Under the pieces are notes generated by a model. It was not told where the DNA came from, made no database searches, and was given only the letters and a program-made list of their open reading frames with translations. Below, in pieces: positions 1 to 10,486 of a stretch of DNA of 64,000 nucleotides (position 1 is its first letter; the number at the start of each line of letters is the position of its first letter). This DNA comes from Pseudomonadota bacterium. GTDB taxonomy: Bacteria > Pseudomonadota > Alphaproteobacteria > Sphingomonadales > CAKZYD01. Where the stretch lies: the NCBI GenBank assembly GCA_039814715.1, contig JBCCAR010000004.1:32985-96984 (forward strand), in the 5' to 3' direction. The position numbers were made by a program, and so were the translations under genes.

Positions 1-1
1 C

Positions 2-457
2 AACTTAGATGCTATGATTCCGATGGGGCAAGCGACCGACGTCATAGTAACAGGCCTCGGCGCCTCAGAACTAGAAGATGTTTTGGAAACCTATGCCGCC
101 AAAGACGGCTTAACGCTATCACCGGAAAGCGCGCCCGAAGCAGGACTGTTCTACCGTTCAGACCATATCTCCCTGTCGAAAGTCGGTGTCCCGATGCTGT
201 ACTTGGAAGTGGGAAATGACCTTGTAGATGGCGGCAAAGACGCAGGGACCGCCGCAGCGCTAGCCTATTATAACGGCCCCTACCACCAAGTCGGCGATGA
301 ATACTCCCCCGATTGGGACTTTGCTGGCATGGAGCAGGTCATCTCGCTTGGCTACAAAACAGGCAATGCACTAGCGCGCTCTGACACATGGCCGAATTGG
401 TATGAGGGCAATGAATTCAAAGAGCTGCGCGACGCCATGAGGGACGGCAAGAAATGA
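2..457 (+). CDS. M28 family metallopeptidase, C-terminal part (runs off left edge)
   Basis: Frame open from base 2 (NLDAMIP...); FYRSDH..F/L...GVP and YHQVGDEY..DWD motifs typical of M28 peptidases. Confidence 0.85.
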   Translation, partial: NLDAMIPMGQATDVIVTGLGASELEDVLETYAAKDGLTLSPESAPEAGLFYRSDHISLSKVGVPMLYLEVGNDLVDGGKDAGTAAALAYYNGPYHQVGDEYSPDWDFAGMEQVISLGYKTGNALARSDTWPNWYEGNEFKELRDAMRDGKK

Positions 458-972
458 GCGATGAAATGCTCAAAATCAGCGCCATGGTACGCAGCGCCTT
501 GATGGTGGAAGACCTGGCCCGCAGCACCGATTTTTATACCAAAGTGCTGGGCATCTCGCAGGTCTATTGGGAAGGCACATTGAAAGGCCAAAGCGTGGAA
601 CGCCTGCTAGGCGTGCCGGAAGGCAGTGTCTGTAAGGCTCGTATCTTAACGCCAACGCCTGAGAACATGGGCATGGTCGGTCTTTTCGAACTTTCCCAGC
701 CAAAGCCGCAGCGGGTTCAAAAGCGCGACGATACAAGTCAAATCGGCGAAGCGTTTCTGGTGTTTTATGCGAGCGATCTCGATGAAGTGATGCACCGCTT
801 AGATGCAGGCAATCACACGGTATTGTATCCGCCAATAGCGCTCGAGCATGAAGGCCAAGTCAAGCAGCGCGAAATGGGCTGCCTCGATCCAGATGGCTTT
901 AAGATCAACTTGATCGAATGGGACCCTGCTGCGGATAAGCGTCCGGAATTGACCCTGGATCAGTTAAGTTAA
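454..972 (+). CDS. VOC/glyoxalase family protein
   Basis: ALMVEDLARSTDFYTKVLG and DPDGFKINLIE motifs; ATGA overlap with upstream gene. Confidence 0.8.
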   Translation: MSDEMLKISAMVRSALMVEDLARSTDFYTKVLGISQVYWEGTLKGQSVERLLGVPEGSVCKARILTPTPENMGMVGLFELSQPKPQRVQKRDDTSQIGEAFLVFYASDLDEVMHRLDAGNHTVLYPPIALEHEGQVKQREMGCLDPDGFKINLIEWDPAADKRPELTLDQLS

Positions 973-980
973 ACAGTACA

Positions 981-1024
981 AAGAAAGCGGCCTACCCTCT
1001 TTGAGTAGGCCGCTATTACGTTTT
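981..1024. terminator. Probable bidirectional intrinsic terminator
   Basis: AGCGGCCTAC (986-995) / GTAGGCCGCT (1005-1014) stem between convergent genes, A-rich left flank and T-rich right flank. Confidence 0.7.
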
Positions 1025-1053
1025 GGTCAGGGATTGTCTAAGACGGCGAAAGC

Positions 1054-1671
1054 TTAGCGGCTCTCAGTCGCAGCAGCTGGCAGCAACACCGTGTCAATGA
1101 CGTGGATCACGCCGTTAGAGGCTGTAATGTCAGCGGAAATGACGGACGCATTGTTGATACTCACGCCATTGTCTCCAAGCACGACATCCAGGTTTTCACC
1201 CTGAACGCTTGCAACGGACATGTCGTTGGTGATGTCTGTCGACATAACGGCGCCGGGCAGCACATGGTAGGTCAGGATGGCCTGCAGCTTGGCTTTGTTT
1301 TCGGGCTTGAGAAGGTCTTCAAGCGTTCCTTCTGGCAGTGCAGCAAAGGCCTCGTCGGTAGGCGCGAACACGGTGAAAGGACCATCGCTTTTCAAAGTAT
1401 CGACCAGATCAGCGGCCTGCACAGCCGCAACCAATGTGTTAAATCCTTCAGCAGCGACAGCTGTGTCCACAATATCCGTTAGGATGACTTCTGGGGCTGC
1501 GACCACGTCGGTGGCAACCTCTTGTGCGGCGTCAGCGGCATCTTCTACTGCAGCGGTGGTTTTTTCCATCGCTTTTTCAGCCTCGGCAGATTTCCCAGCT
1601 TGGGCATAACCGGCAAACAACAAGGCGGCACTCGACACACTCGATAGAACTATTTTTTGGAAAACAGACAT
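1054..1671 (-). CDS. Fasciclin (FAS1) domain secreted protein
   Basis: Signal peptide; [18 protein letters not shown] and [15 protein letters not shown] motifs. Confidence 0.92.
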   Translation of the reverse strand: MSVFQKIVLSSVSSAALLFAGYAQAGKSAEAEKAMEKTTAAVEDAADAAQEVATDVVAAPEVILTDIVDTAVAAEGFNTLVAAVQAADLVDTLKSDGPFTVFAPTDEAFAALPEGTLEDLLKPENKAKLQAILTYHVLPGAVMSTDITNDMSVASVQGENLDVVLGDNGVSINNASVISADITASNGVIHVIDTVLLPAAATESR

Positions 1672-1734
1672 GATCGCTCCTCAGCTTTGTCATGGTGGGG
1701 TCGGTGCCCAGGGGCAGGCGCCGATCTACCCATC

Positions 1735-1761
1735 TACGCGCTGATGACTGCTTTGGTTTCC
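1735..1761 (-). promoter_or_regulatory. Candidate ECF sigma promoter of the fasciclin gene
   Basis: Minus strand GGAAAC-N17-CGTA, resembling alphaproteobacterial ECF promoters (e.g. EcfG GGAAC-N16/17-CGTT). Confidence 0.35.
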
Positions 1762-1908
1762 CTCAACAAGCAGGCTGTGGCTGTGGTCACAAAATAATCA
1801 CGCCTGCGCAACAAAGCTCTCCAAAATTGTCATAGCGTCGCTGACTAAGTCTCATGCTTATCGCCGCGCAGCCCGCGCTTATGGAAAGCGAGCGGCGACT
1901 CAAATCCA

Positions 1909-2196
1909 CTAGGCCCAGCTCTCCATTGCTGTGGCCATTTTGACATCAAGCGGCGATAGCCCGCCTGCATCATGGGTGGTGAGGACGACCTCCACCTTAT
2001 TGTACACGTTAAACCACTCAGGGTGATGATCCATCTGTTCCGCCAGCAAGGCGCAGCGAGACATAAACGCCCAAGCTGCTTTAAAATCATCGAACTTGAA
2101 TGTCTTAATGATGGCATCCCTGCCATCAACATTTTCCCAGCCGGGCAGAGAAGCCAGTGCGGTTTGCCGATCAGTGGGCGTCAATTTGTCTGCCAT
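1909..2196 (-). CDS. phhB: Pterin-4-alpha-carbinolamine dehydratase
   Basis: [13 protein letters not shown] and THDAGGLS motifs; start placed at MADKL behind a GGAG RBS. Confidence 0.92.
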   Translation of the reverse strand: MADKLTPTDRQTALASLPGWENVDGRDAIIKTFKFDDFKAAWAFMSRCALLAEQMDHHPEWFNVYNKVEVVLTTHDAGGLSPLDVKMATAMESWA

Positions 2197-2234
2197 CGTC
2201 TTATCTCCTGATGCTCTTTCAGCCAAACAGCCCG

Positions 2235-2789
2235 CTAGGCTGGCGTGTCATGCGTCAGCTTGGCTTTCTTTAAATCTTTAGGTTTGACGAAACGCTCAAG
2301 CGCCCCGCCAGCAGGCGCGACTTTGTTCCAATTGGCCGCAGTAAAATCAATCACTGTCAGGGCGGCGGTGGGATATTTGGATTCAATGCGCGCACGGTCT
2401 GTTTCCTTGCGCCCGCCGCGCGCAACGAGCGATAGCGCGAGGCCTTGAATGCCGGGGTTATGCGCGATCAACATCACTGTTTGCGCGATATCGTCGAGAT
2501 TACGCAGCACGGCCAAAAGCTGCGTCGCTGACGCCATGTAAAGCCGGTCATCATAGAGCGGCGCCAGCGTCTCCCCATAGCCGGCTTCTAAGCGCTCAAC
2601 GGTCTGGCGCGTCCGCTCTGCAGGCGACACCAACAGCACATCCCAGCTAAGCCCTTCTTTATGCAGATATGCGCCCATATGCTTGCCCGCTTTGTGGCCG
2701 CGCTTATTCAGCGGCCTATCAAAATCTCGGGCCACAGCGCTATCCCAACTCGATTTTGCATGACGCATCAAAAGTAAGCGGCGGGCCAT
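2235..2789 (-). CDS. sixA: SixA-like histidine phosphatase
   Basis: [36 protein letters not shown] motifs. Confidence 0.85.
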   Translation of the reverse strand: MARRLLLMRHAKSSWDSAVARDFDRPLNKRGHKAGKHMGAYLHKEGLSWDVLLVSPAERTRQTVERLEAGYGETLAPLYDDRLYMASATQLLAVLRNLDDIAQTVMLIAHNPGIQGLALSLVARGGRKETDRARIESKYPTAALTVIDFTAANWNKVAPAGGALERFVKPKDLKKAKLTHDTPA

Positions 2790-2917
2790 GGTCTCATCTC
2801 CAACACTGGGCGCTTGAAATAAATGCAACACCAAAGCCTTCATAGCAGTCTCGACAGGGCTTGCAATCACTCCAGCCCGCTGCAATGCTGAAAGCATAAC
2901 ATGGGTCAGGGGGCAGC

Positions 2918-4009
2918 TTGATGACAGACGGCGTAGCGCTGGAAAATGATGCAGACACTGAGGCGGCGCCAGCGCAGCTGTCAGAGTATCCGCTTGAATT
3001 TTCTGGAACCGGCGGTGAGTTCTTCCGCATCTGGATCGTCAATATCGCTTTGAGCGTCATTACACTCGGCATATATTCTGCTTGGGCAACCGTGCGCACG
3101 CGGCGGTATTTTTACGGCAAGACAACCCTTGATGGCACGCCGTTTCAGTTCACCGCGCGCGCTATTCCGATTTTGATCGGCCGGATCATCGCTTTTGCCA
3201 TCTTCGGGTTTTACTCCTACCTCAGCACGTTCAATCCAGGCTACGCCATTGGCTTTTTGATCTTTGTGATCCTGCCACTGACACCGTGGATGATCATGAA
3301 ATCGCAAAAGTTTCGCGCCCGCTATAGTTCTTGGCGCAACATTCCCTTCCGCTTCACTGGCACCTATGGAGACGCGCTTGTCACCTATGTGCTGATCCCC
3401 GTCGGCATGGTTTTCACGCTCTATATCATCCTGCCGCTGTTTTGGAAGGAATCGGCTAAATACCAATTCAACAATCTCTATTATGGCAAACAGCAATTTG
3501 CCTTCGATAAAGACAGGAAAGGCTTTTGGTCGACATTTTGGTATGCTGTGCTCATCTTTTTTGGCTTCGTGCTGCTCATTACGGGACTGACGGTTTTACT
3601 ATCCTCAGTTTTCAAAGGTACGCAGCTACCAGAAACGCTGGCAGGCCCAGGCGTCGTGATATTTGTCTTATTGATCTACCTTCCCTTTTTTCTCATCGCC
3701 TTCTTTGTGCAAAGCAGGCTGTTTAATGCCGTTCTGGGCGGTGTGTCCTTTGGGCCCGGGCAATTTGCTGCGAACATGCCAACCTGGGGCTGGATGTGGC
3801 TGCAAATCACCAACATCCTGATGCTCGTTTTCACCCTCGGCATTGCTTATCCGTGGGTGAAGGTCCGAACGCTGCGCTATAAAATTCGCCACCTTTCGGT
3901 TCTGGCAAATGCAGCATTGCTCTTTGAAGCCGCAGGCGATGAAGATGATGTGGGCGCTATGGGGGCGGAACTGGCCAGTGACTTCGATTTCGACATTTCC
4001 TTGTTTTAG
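2918..4009 (+). CDS. YjgN/DUF898 family inner-membrane protein
   Basis: FSGTGGEFFRIWIVNIALSVITLGIYSAWA.VR..RYFY and TLGIAYPW motifs. Confidence 0.88.
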   Translation: MMTDGVALENDADTEAAPAQLSEYPLEFSGTGGEFFRIWIVNIALSVITLGIYSAWATVRTRRYFYGKTTLDGTPFQFTARAIPILIGRIIAFAIFGFYSYLSTFNPGYAIGFLIFVILPLTPWMIMKSQKFRARYSSWRNIPFRFTGTYGDALVTYVLIPVGMVFTLYIILPLFWKESAKYQFNNLYYGKQQFAFDKDRKGFWSTFWYAVLIFFGFVLLITGLTVLLSSVFKGTQLPETLAGPGVVIFVLLIYLPFFLIAFFVQSRLFNAVLGGVSFGPGQFAANMPTWGWMWLQITNILMLVFTLGIAYPWVKVRTLRYKIRHLSVLANAALLFEAAGDEDDVGAMGAELASDFDFDISLF

Positions 4010-4015
4010 GCCGCC

Positions 4016-5035
4016 ATGGACTGGCTCAGCGCAACATATTATTCCGGCGGCAGCAGCGCCCCTGTCGCCGTTGGCATCCGCCCAGCTGGCGACCTCTTAG
4101 AGCTAAAAGGCCCAGACGGGGTAAAGCAGATTGCGCGTGATGATATCACCGTCGAGCCGCCGCTTGCAGGCATGCCGCAGCATTTGCGCTTGCCAGGGGG
4201 CGCCCAAATTGAGGTTGACGGCTCCGTTGATATCTCGCCTTGGTTTTCAACGCACAGCCGATTGGAGCGCTTTGTCAATTGGCTAGAGCGGCGCTGGCCG
4301 ATTGCCATAGCCTCCCTTGCGATCACGGTCGTCACCGTCTGGGCGCTCTATACATTTGCGCTGCCTGCCGCAGCAACGCTCGCGGCCGATGCGATGCCCA
4401 TGAGCTGGAAGCGCTCTGTTTCCGAACAATCGGTTAAAATGCTGCGGCAACTCGGTTTTTTCTCTAGCCGGATTGATGAAGCGCGCCAAGAGGCCATTCG
4501 CGAGCGCTTCGCACCGATGGTGGCGAAACTAGACAACCCAGAACAATATTCGTTGGAATTTCGCCGCGCGCCTGTGATTGGGCCCAACGCCTTTGCGCTG
4601 CCAGGCGGGCGCATGGTGGTGCTAGACGCCCTGGTTGAGTTAACGCAAGAAGACGATGAGATTGTTGCTATTCTCGCCCATGAGCTCGGCCACGCCTATC
4701 ACCAACACCCCATGCGCATGGCGCTGCAATCGAGCGCCTTGGGCATTATCACAACCGTTGCAGTTGGCGATGCCTCTGGCCTAGCCAGCGTTCCGCTCAT
4801 CGGGCTGCAAGCCAATTATAGCCGGGAGTTTGAGAGCGAAGCGGATGATTTTGCCATTGCAGCCTTGCGCGAGGCTGGCATCTCGCCCCAAGCGCTAGCC
4901 AATGCATTTACGAGGCTGCGCGATGAGCTCAACATCAAAGACGAAGAAACCAGCTTCTTATCCAGCCACCCAGCGCTGGAAGAGCGCATCTTAAAGGCAG
5001 CCAAAGCCGCTAAAGCGGGCGCTGCAGAAAAGTAA
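4016..5035 (+). CDS. M48 family metalloprotease (usual partner of DUF898)
   Basis: PNAFALPGG, HELGH, YSREFESEAD, LSSHP motifs; one TM segment. Confidence 0.9.
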   Translation: MDWLSATYYSGGSSAPVAVGIRPAGDLLELKGPDGVKQIARDDITVEPPLAGMPQHLRLPGGAQIEVDGSVDISPWFSTHSRLERFVNWLERRWPIAIASLAITVVTVWALYTFALPAAATLAADAMPMSWKRSVSEQSVKMLRQLGFFSSRIDEARQEAIRERFAPMVAKLDNPEQYSLEFRRAPVIGPNAFALPGGRMVVLDALVELTQEDDEIVAILAHELGHAYHQHPMRMALQSSALGIITTVAVGDASGLASVPLIGLQANYSREFESEADDFAIAALREAGISPQALANAFTRLRDELNIKDEETSFLSSHPALEERILKAAKAAKAGAAEK

Positions 5036-5504
5036 CGTCCAGCCACTGGCGAAATTTAAAGCCTGCTTTGTGCAACGTTCCAGCACGCTCAAAGCCCAGT
5101 TTATCATGGAATGCAAGGCTATAGGCTGTATCAGGCGTATCCGTGACCACGGCAATCATTTGGGCGAACCCGCGGGCTTGCGAGGCTGTTATAAGCGTGT
5201 CCATCAGCGCTACGCCACGTCCTTTGCGCTGCGCTTTAGGGTGAATATAGACAGAATTTTCGACGCTGTATCGATAGGCTGCACGAGAACGAAAAGGGCC
5301 GCTATACGCGTACCCTTGGACGATGCCGTCATCATCGTGTGCCACAAGAAAGTCATAGCCTGCATCAACCAACGCGTGCCAGCGCCGCGTCATTTCAGCA
5401 GCATCAGGCGGGTCAATCTCAAAGGTGATGACACTTGTCTCCACCAGCGGCGCATAGATATCGGTGATAGCAGGCATGTCCTCTGCCCGGGCGGGCCCGA
5501 TCAT
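5010..5504 (-). CDS. GNAT N-acetyltransferase (YncA/phosphinothricin acetyltransferase type)
   Basis: ITFEIDPPD, FRSRAAYRYSVENSVY, GFKFRQWLD motifs. Confidence 0.88.
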   Translation of the reverse strand: MIGPARAEDMPAITDIYAPLVETSVITFEIDPPDAAEMTRRWHALVDAGYDFLVAHDDDGIVQGYAYSGPFRSRAAYRYSVENSVYIHPKAQRKGRGVALMDTLITASQARGFAQMIAVVTDTPDTAYSLAFHDKLGFERAGTLHKAGFKFRQWLDVTFLQRPL

Positions 5505-5510
5505 GCGGCG

Positions 5511-5930
5511 TTAGTCCAGCGATCTGTGGCGGACCGCCGTTCCGCGCTCAATGGCGGCGGCAACCAAGCGCTCTATACCGAAGCGGTGGCGGATTATCTC
5601 CAGCATGCGCAGCTCTTCTTGCGTCAACTGCCCATCGGCCACAGCCATATCGCAGCATAGCGCGTAGGCCGTTTCTAAATTGGTGTGCGGCAGGGCGCCT
5701 TGGGCGAGCTCAAGAACTGTATCAAGACCGCCTTCTTCCTGCAGCAGAGCCGCGCACTCCTGAGCAGCGGCAGGCATGTGAGAGATGTTATAGCCATCAA
5801 ACACCGGCAAAAACTTGGCCATCATGCCCATGCGCTCAAGTTCGGTATCCGACAGATCACGGTCAACCGCCGCGATCACCACCAGCAGATAAACCAGCGC
5901 GCTATGAGGGGAAATGCTGCCGCTATTCAT
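5511..5930 (-). CDS. TerB-family protein
   Basis: AAVDRDLSDTE...ADGQLTQEELRML...RLVAAAIERG, alphaproteobacterial TerB-like pattern. Confidence 0.8.
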   Translation of the reverse strand: MNSGSISPHSALVYLLVVIAAVDRDLSDTELERMGMMAKFLPVFDGYNISHMPAAAQECAALLQEEGGLDTVLELAQGALPHTNLETAYALCCDMAVADGQLTQEELRMLEIIRHRFGIERLVAAAIERGTAVRHRSLD

Positions 5931-6008
5931 GACAAACGCCTCATTGAGAAAAACCTCAGCATAAAAACCCGGCCACCCAAAGGCAAGCGCACATAGCCCC
6001 GTCCGCGC

Positions 6009-6986
6009 CTATGCCATGGTGACGACGACTTTCCCTTTCGCTTTGCGCGCGGCCAAATGCGCGATGGCCTCAGGGGCTTTGTCTAAGGGGAAGTGTTCAG
6101 AAATGTGCGGCTTGATTTTGCCCTGGTCATAGAGCTCAAGGAGCTCAACTGTATTTTGCACATTCAGCTCTGGCTCTTTTTGCGTAAAGCCGCCCCAGAA
6201 TACACCAACCAGATCAGCGCCTTTTAACAGCGCTAAATTGGTTGGCAATTTGGGAATGCCGGCTACAAACCCGATGACGAGAAACCGCCCTTTCCATGCC
6301 ATCGCGCGGAACGCAGGCTCGCAATAATCGCCGCCAACGGGATCATATATCACATCAACGCCTTTGCCGCCGGTCGCTTCTTTCAGCGCTGTCTTCAGGT
6401 CTTCCTTTGCGTAGTTAATCACAAGGTCGGCGCCATAGTCTTTGGTCAGCGCTAGCTTTTCATCTGAGGAGGCACAGGCGATCACCTTTGCGCCCATGAG
6501 CTTGCCAAGCTCAACGGCCGTAATCCCCGTTCCGCCCGCTGCTCCGAGGACGCCCAGCGTCTCTCCAGGCTGCAGCTTTCCGCGCTGTTTGAGCGCGTGA
6601 TAGGTCGTCCCATAAGTCATCAAAAAGCCAGCAGCTTCATCAAAAGGCATCGTGTCAGGGATCGGCACCGCCATCGCTGCTGGCGTGACCGCTTGCTCGG
6701 CAAAGCCGCCATGGGCCATGAGCAGCGAGAGGACGCGGTCGCCCACTTTGACATTGGTCACGCCCTCACCCACCTCAGAGATAACGCCCGCCACCTCGCC
6801 GCCCGGCGTAAAGGGTGGGTCTGGCCGGAACTGATACTTGCCTTGGATGATCAGCGCATCGGGATAATTCACGCCCGCCGCCTTCACATCAATCTTGACC
6901 ATCCCCTTGCCAACCGGCGGGCTATCGATGTCTTTGACTTCCAGCATCTCCGGCCCACCATATTGGGTACAAACGACTGCTTTCAT
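6009..6986 (-). CDS. NADPH:quinone oxidoreductase (MDR family)
   Basis: GVNYPD, PPFTPGGEVAG, GAAGGTG, DPVGG motifs. Confidence 0.9.
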   Translation of the reverse strand: MKAVVCTQYGGPEMLEVKDIDSPPVGKGMVKIDVKAAGVNYPDALIIQGKYQFRPDPPFTPGGEVAGVISEVGEGVTNVKVGDRVLSLLMAHGGFAEQAVTPAAMAVPIPDTMPFDEAAGFLMTYGTTYHALKQRGKLQPGETLGVLGAAGGTGITAVELGKLMGAKVIACASSDEKLALTKDYGADLVINYAKEDLKTALKEATGGKGVDVIYDPVGGDYCEPAFRAMAWKGRFLVIGFVAGIPKLPTNLALLKGADLVGVFWGGFTQKEPELNVQNTVELLELYDQGKIKPHISEHFPLDKAPEAIAHLAARKAKGKVVVTMA

Positions 6987-7179
6987 TGGGCTTTGCCTTC
7001 TGTTTCTGTATATTTGGCAGCACCTTAGCCAGGCAACTGAAGTTTGTCACCATGGCGACGACCATAGCATCGATTGTCCGTCGCCATTGACCGCATTGCT
7101 TGGAGGACGCTGAATTGGCACTGTCGAAACAATGTCGTTTTGATGGAGTTTTGAGGCCTTAGGCGACACTCGGCACGTA

Positions 7180-7270
7180 CGTCATCGCACGACTTGATCG
7201 GGCGATCCATTTTGGATCATCAAGCACCCTACAGCGGACAAATGGGTCCCCGGTCACGCCGAAGGACGAC
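7180..7270. repeat. REP/RPE-like palindromic element, copy 1 (degenerate)
   Basis: CGTCATCGCACGACTTGATCGGGCGATCCAT ... ATGGGTCCCCGGTCACGCCGAAGGACGAC: GTCAT...GAC-bounded arm pair. Confidence 0.65.
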
Positions 7271-7318
7271 AGATGTTTTGGTCTGTTTGAGCCCTTTGCT
7301 GTCGTTCAAATCCTCTAT

Positions 7319-7406
7319 CGTCATTGGCCGACTTGATCGGGCAATCCATGGAAAACCCAAGCTGCATGCTTAGAAATAGATACCCCGATCAAGTCGGGGT
7401 ATGACG
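7319..7406. repeat. REP/RPE-like palindromic element, copy 2
   Basis: CGTCATTGGCCGACTTGATCGGGCAATCCAT ... ATAGATACCCCGATCAAGTCGGGGTATGACG; arms are near-inverted copies and match copy 1. Confidence 0.75.
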
Positions 7407-7469
7407 GGTCTAATTAAGTAGCAAAGGCAACAAAGTCCCAAAACCAGCCTGCACCTAAGCTTCAGCCAC

Positions 7470-8381
7470 TTAATCAGGCGCAAACCCCCGCAGCGCCTGC
7501 GCGAGCACCTTAAACTCTCCTTCACGCGGCGAGTCCTTGCGCCAGATGAGGCCGATTTTGCGGGCTGGGGCGTTGCCGGCCAGGGGTTTTGTTTGGATGT
7601 CTGTGCCTTCTAAAATGCCGCCATCGAGCGCTAAGCGCGGCAGGAGAGTGACGCCCAAATCATTGTCGACCATCTGCACAAGGGTATGCAGGCTGGTGCC
7701 GAGGATGGACTGATCCGGCTTGAGCGCCGCGGTTTGGCACGCTGCCAAAGCATGGTCTTTCAAGCAATGGCCCTCTTCAAGCAGCAGCAGCGTCTCGCGC
7801 TCCAGCGCCGCTGCTTCCACATCAACAGCTGGGAAATGGTCTGCCGCGCTTTGCGGAAAGGCCGCGTAAAACGGATCTTCAAAGAGCACGTCTTCATCGA
7901 CTTCGCCGCACTGAAACGGCAGCGCAAGCAGCACCACATCAAGCTCCCCGCGCGCAAGGCCAGCACAGACAACATTGCTTAAATCTTCGCGCAGATACAG
8001 CTTAAGCTGGGGGAACTGTTTGCGCAGCTGCGGCAGGGCTTGCGGCAAGAAAAACGGCGCGATAGTTGGGATGACGCCCATCCGCAGCGGGCCAGACAGC
8101 GGGCTGCCTGCCGACTGAACTATATCCACCAGCGTGTTGGCTTCGCGGATAATATCTTGCGCCTTGGATACCACGCGCTCGCCTAGCGGCGTAAAGCGCA
8201 CGGCGCGGCGCGTGCGCTCGACGAGCTGCGTGCCCAGCAGCGTTTCAAGTTCGCGAATACCGGCGGACAGTGTTGACTGTGTCACGTGGCAAATATCCGC
8301 CGCTTTCCCGAAATGGTTCGTCTCGTGCAGGGTTGCTAGATAGCGCAGCTGCTTGAGCGTTGGTGAAAATGCGTCTGACAT
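7470..8381 (-). CDS. oxyR: Hydrogen peroxide-sensing LysR regulator OxyR
   Basis: LysR HTH; GVIPTIAPF; LLLEEGHCLKDHALAAC carries both redox cysteines; TSLHTLVQMV. Confidence 0.9.
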   Translation of the reverse strand: MSDAFSPTLKQLRYLATLHETNHFGKAADICHVTQSTLSAGIRELETLLGTQLVERTRRAVRFTPLGERVVSKAQDIIREANTLVDIVQSAGSPLSGPLRMGVIPTIAPFFLPQALPQLRKQFPQLKLYLREDLSNVVCAGLARGELDVVLLALPFQCGEVDEDVLFEDPFYAAFPQSAADHFPAVDVEAAALERETLLLLEEGHCLKDHALAACQTAALKPDQSILGTSLHTLVQMVDNDLGVTLLPRLALDGGILEGTDIQTKPLAGNAPARKIGLIWRKDSPREGEFKVLAQALRGFAPD

Positions 8382-8392
8382 ACTCAAGCCTT

Positions 8393-8407
8393 ATCGAAAA
8401 ATCCGAT
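8393..8407. promoter_or_regulatory. LysR/OxyR autoregulatory box
   Basis: ATCG-N7-CGAT (T-N11-A) just upstream of the oxyR start, similar to OxyR ATAG-N7-CTAT. Confidence 0.6.
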
Positions 8408-8427
8408 CACGGCGGCACAATATTACC

Positions 8428-8455
8428 GCGGGAAGACGATGACAAGTCTTCCCGC
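8428..8455 (-). terminator. Hairpin at hslU 3' end
   Basis: Perfect 10-bp stem GCGGGAAGAC/GTCTTCCCGC; no clear U tract. Confidence 0.45.
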
Positions 8456-9759
8456 TAAAGAATATAACGACTCAAATCGCTATCCACAGCAAGATCGGAG
8501 ACCTTATCCTTCACATAGGTCTCCGTAATGGACACCTGCGCGCCGGCCATATCAGTCGCGTTAAAGCTGACATCATCAAGCAAGCGCTCCATGATGGTTT
8601 GCAGCCGCCGGGCGCCGATGTTCTCCACAGTGTCGTTCACGTGCGCGGAAATACGGGCGATTTCGGCGACACCATCCTCGGTAAAGTCGAGCGCGACCTC
8701 TTCGGTGTCCAATAGCGCTTTATATTGTTTCACCAGGGAGGCTTCTGGCTCTGTTAAAATGCGCTCAAAATCTTCCTGCGTAAGGCCGGCAAGCTCCACG
8801 CGGATGGGCAAACGGCCTTGGAGCTCGGGCAACAAATCAGACGGTTTTGCGACATGAAAAGCGCCGGAGGCCACAAACAAGATATGGTCGGTTTTGATAG
8901 TGCCATGCTTAGTCGCAACTGACGTGCCTTCAATCAGCGGCAGCAGGTCGCGCTGAACGCCTTCACGTGAGACCGATCCACCGCGCACATCTGAAACAGC
9001 TATCTTATCGATCTCATCGATGAAGACGATGCCGGATTGCTCAGTGCGCTCTGTTGCATCGCGAACGATGGTATCTTCATCCAGCAGCTTGTCAGATTCC
9101 TCTGCGATCAGCACCTCATAGGCATCGCCAACCTTCATTTTGCGCTTTTTGGTGCGGCCTGCCATGGCGCCGCCCATAATGTCGCTCAGGTTAATCATAC
9201 CCATTTGCGCGCCAGGCATCCCCGGGATTTCAAACTGCGGCATGCCGCTGGCGGTATCAGCAACGTCTATTTCCACATCGCGGTCATTGAGTTTGCCGCC
9301 GCGCAACTGGTCGCGGAATTTCTCGCGCGTTGAGCTAGAAGCGTCTTTGCCGACAATGGCATCCAGCATCCGATCTTCAGCAGCCATATGCGCTTCGGCT
9401 TTGACATGTTCGCGCTGCTCTTCGCGTACCATCGTGATGGCGACTTCGACCAGGTCGCGAATGATTTGCTCCACATCGCGGCCCACATAGCCCACTTCGG
9501 TGAACTTTGTTGCTTCGACCTTCAAGAACGGCGCTTCAGCAAGTTTGGCCAGGCGGCGCGAAATCTCGGTCTTACCGCAGCCTGTCGGCCCAATCATCAA
9601 GATGTTTTTAGGCTGCACTTCCTGGCGTAAATCAGATTCCAGCTGCTGCCGGCGCCAGCGATTGCGCAGAGCAATGGCAACAGCGCGCTTGGCATCGCCC
9701 TGGCCGACAATATAGCGGTCCAGTTCCGCGACAATCTCGCGGGGGGTAAAATTTTTCAT
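8455..9759 (-). CDS. hslU: ATP-dependent protease ATPase subunit HslU
   Basis: [42 protein letters not shown] motifs. Confidence 0.97.
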   Translation of the reverse strand: MKNFTPREIVAELDRYIVGQGDAKRAVAIALRNRWRRQQLESDLRQEVQPKNILMIGPTGCGKTEISRRLAKLAEAPFLKVEATKFTEVGYVGRDVEQIIRDLVEVAITMVREEQREHVKAEAHMAAEDRMLDAIVGKDASSSTREKFRDQLRGGKLNDRDVEIDVADTASGMPQFEIPGMPGAQMGMINLSDIMGGAMAGRTKKRKMKVGDAYEVLIAEESDKLLDEDTIVRDATERTEQSGIVFIDEIDKIAVSDVRGGSVSREGVQRDLLPLIEGTSVATKHGTIKTDHILFVASGAFHVAKPSDLLPELQGRLPIRVELAGLTQEDFERILTEPEASLVKQYKALLDTEEVALDFTEDGVAEIARISAHVNDTVENIGARRLQTIMERLLDDVSFNATDMAGAQVSITETYVKDKVSDLAVDSDLSRYIL

Positions 9760-10302
9760 TTAGAGATCCAGCTTTTCAAGAATCACAGATTCATTTGTGT
9801 ATACGCAGATATCAGCGGCCACTTGCATCGCTTTACGCGCGATGGCTTCAGCGTCCATATCGGTATCCATGAGTGCCCGGGCGGCTGAAAGAGCATAGTT
9901 ACCGCCAGAGCCGATCCCAATGACGCCTCCAGGCGGCTCAAGAACGTCGCCATTGCCCGTCAAGACCAGAGACACATCCTTATCAACCACGGCCATCATG
10001 GCTTCTAGGCGTCGCAGATAGCGGTCCGTCCGCCAGTCTTTTGCCAATTCTACAGACGCCCGCATCAGCTGGCCAGGAAAGCGTTCGAGCTTATCTTCCA
10101 GCCGCTCAAGCAGCGTAAAGGCATCCGCCGTTGCGCCAGCAAACCCGGCGAGCACTTGGCCTTTGTGGATGGGCCGCACTTTGCGTGCATTGCCCTTTAT
10201 GACTGTTTGGCCAAGGCTCACTTGCCCGTCGCCCGCAATAACAACCTTATCGCCCTTGCGTACGGACAGGATGGTCGTGCCATGCCAGCTTTCCATCGTC
10301 AT
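9760..10302 (-). CDS. hslV: ATP-dependent protease peptidase subunit HslV
   Basis: HG|TTIL N-terminal Thr, [28 protein letters not shown]. Confidence 0.97.
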   Translation of the reverse strand: MTMESWHGTTILSVRKGDKVVIAGDGQVSLGQTVIKGNARKVRPIHKGQVLAGFAGATADAFTLLERLEDKLERFPGQLMRASVELAKDWRTDRYLRRLEAMMAVVDKDVSLVLTGNGDVLEPPGGVIGIGSGGNYALSAARALMDTDMDAEAIARKAMQVAADICVYTNESVILEKLDL

Positions 10303-10338
10303 ATAGTGTGTCTTCCTAGAGTTTGGTCAGAAGGACCG

Positions 10339-10366
10339 ATATGGGCATGGTTTGAAGCGATGCAAG
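10339..10366 (-). promoter_or_regulatory. RpoH (sigma32) promoter of hslVU
   Basis: Minus strand CTTG-N17-CCCATAT, matching the alphaproteobacterial RpoH consensus, upstream of heat-shock genes. Confidence 0.75.
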
Positions 10367-10486
10367 CCAAAGTCCCTTGCGTTACTCATCAACGATCGCG
10401 GAAAGACCCAGCGCTATCATCAATATTTCTTTAGTTCGTTTAAGAGTATGAACTTGTCGGTGTCCACAGGAACAGGAACGCGCTTA

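Noticed and set aside
7180-7406. Possible mini CRISPR array (repeat-spacer-like layout)
   Set aside because: Arms alternate in orientation and are divergent, there are only two units, and no cas genes are present; fits REP-like elements
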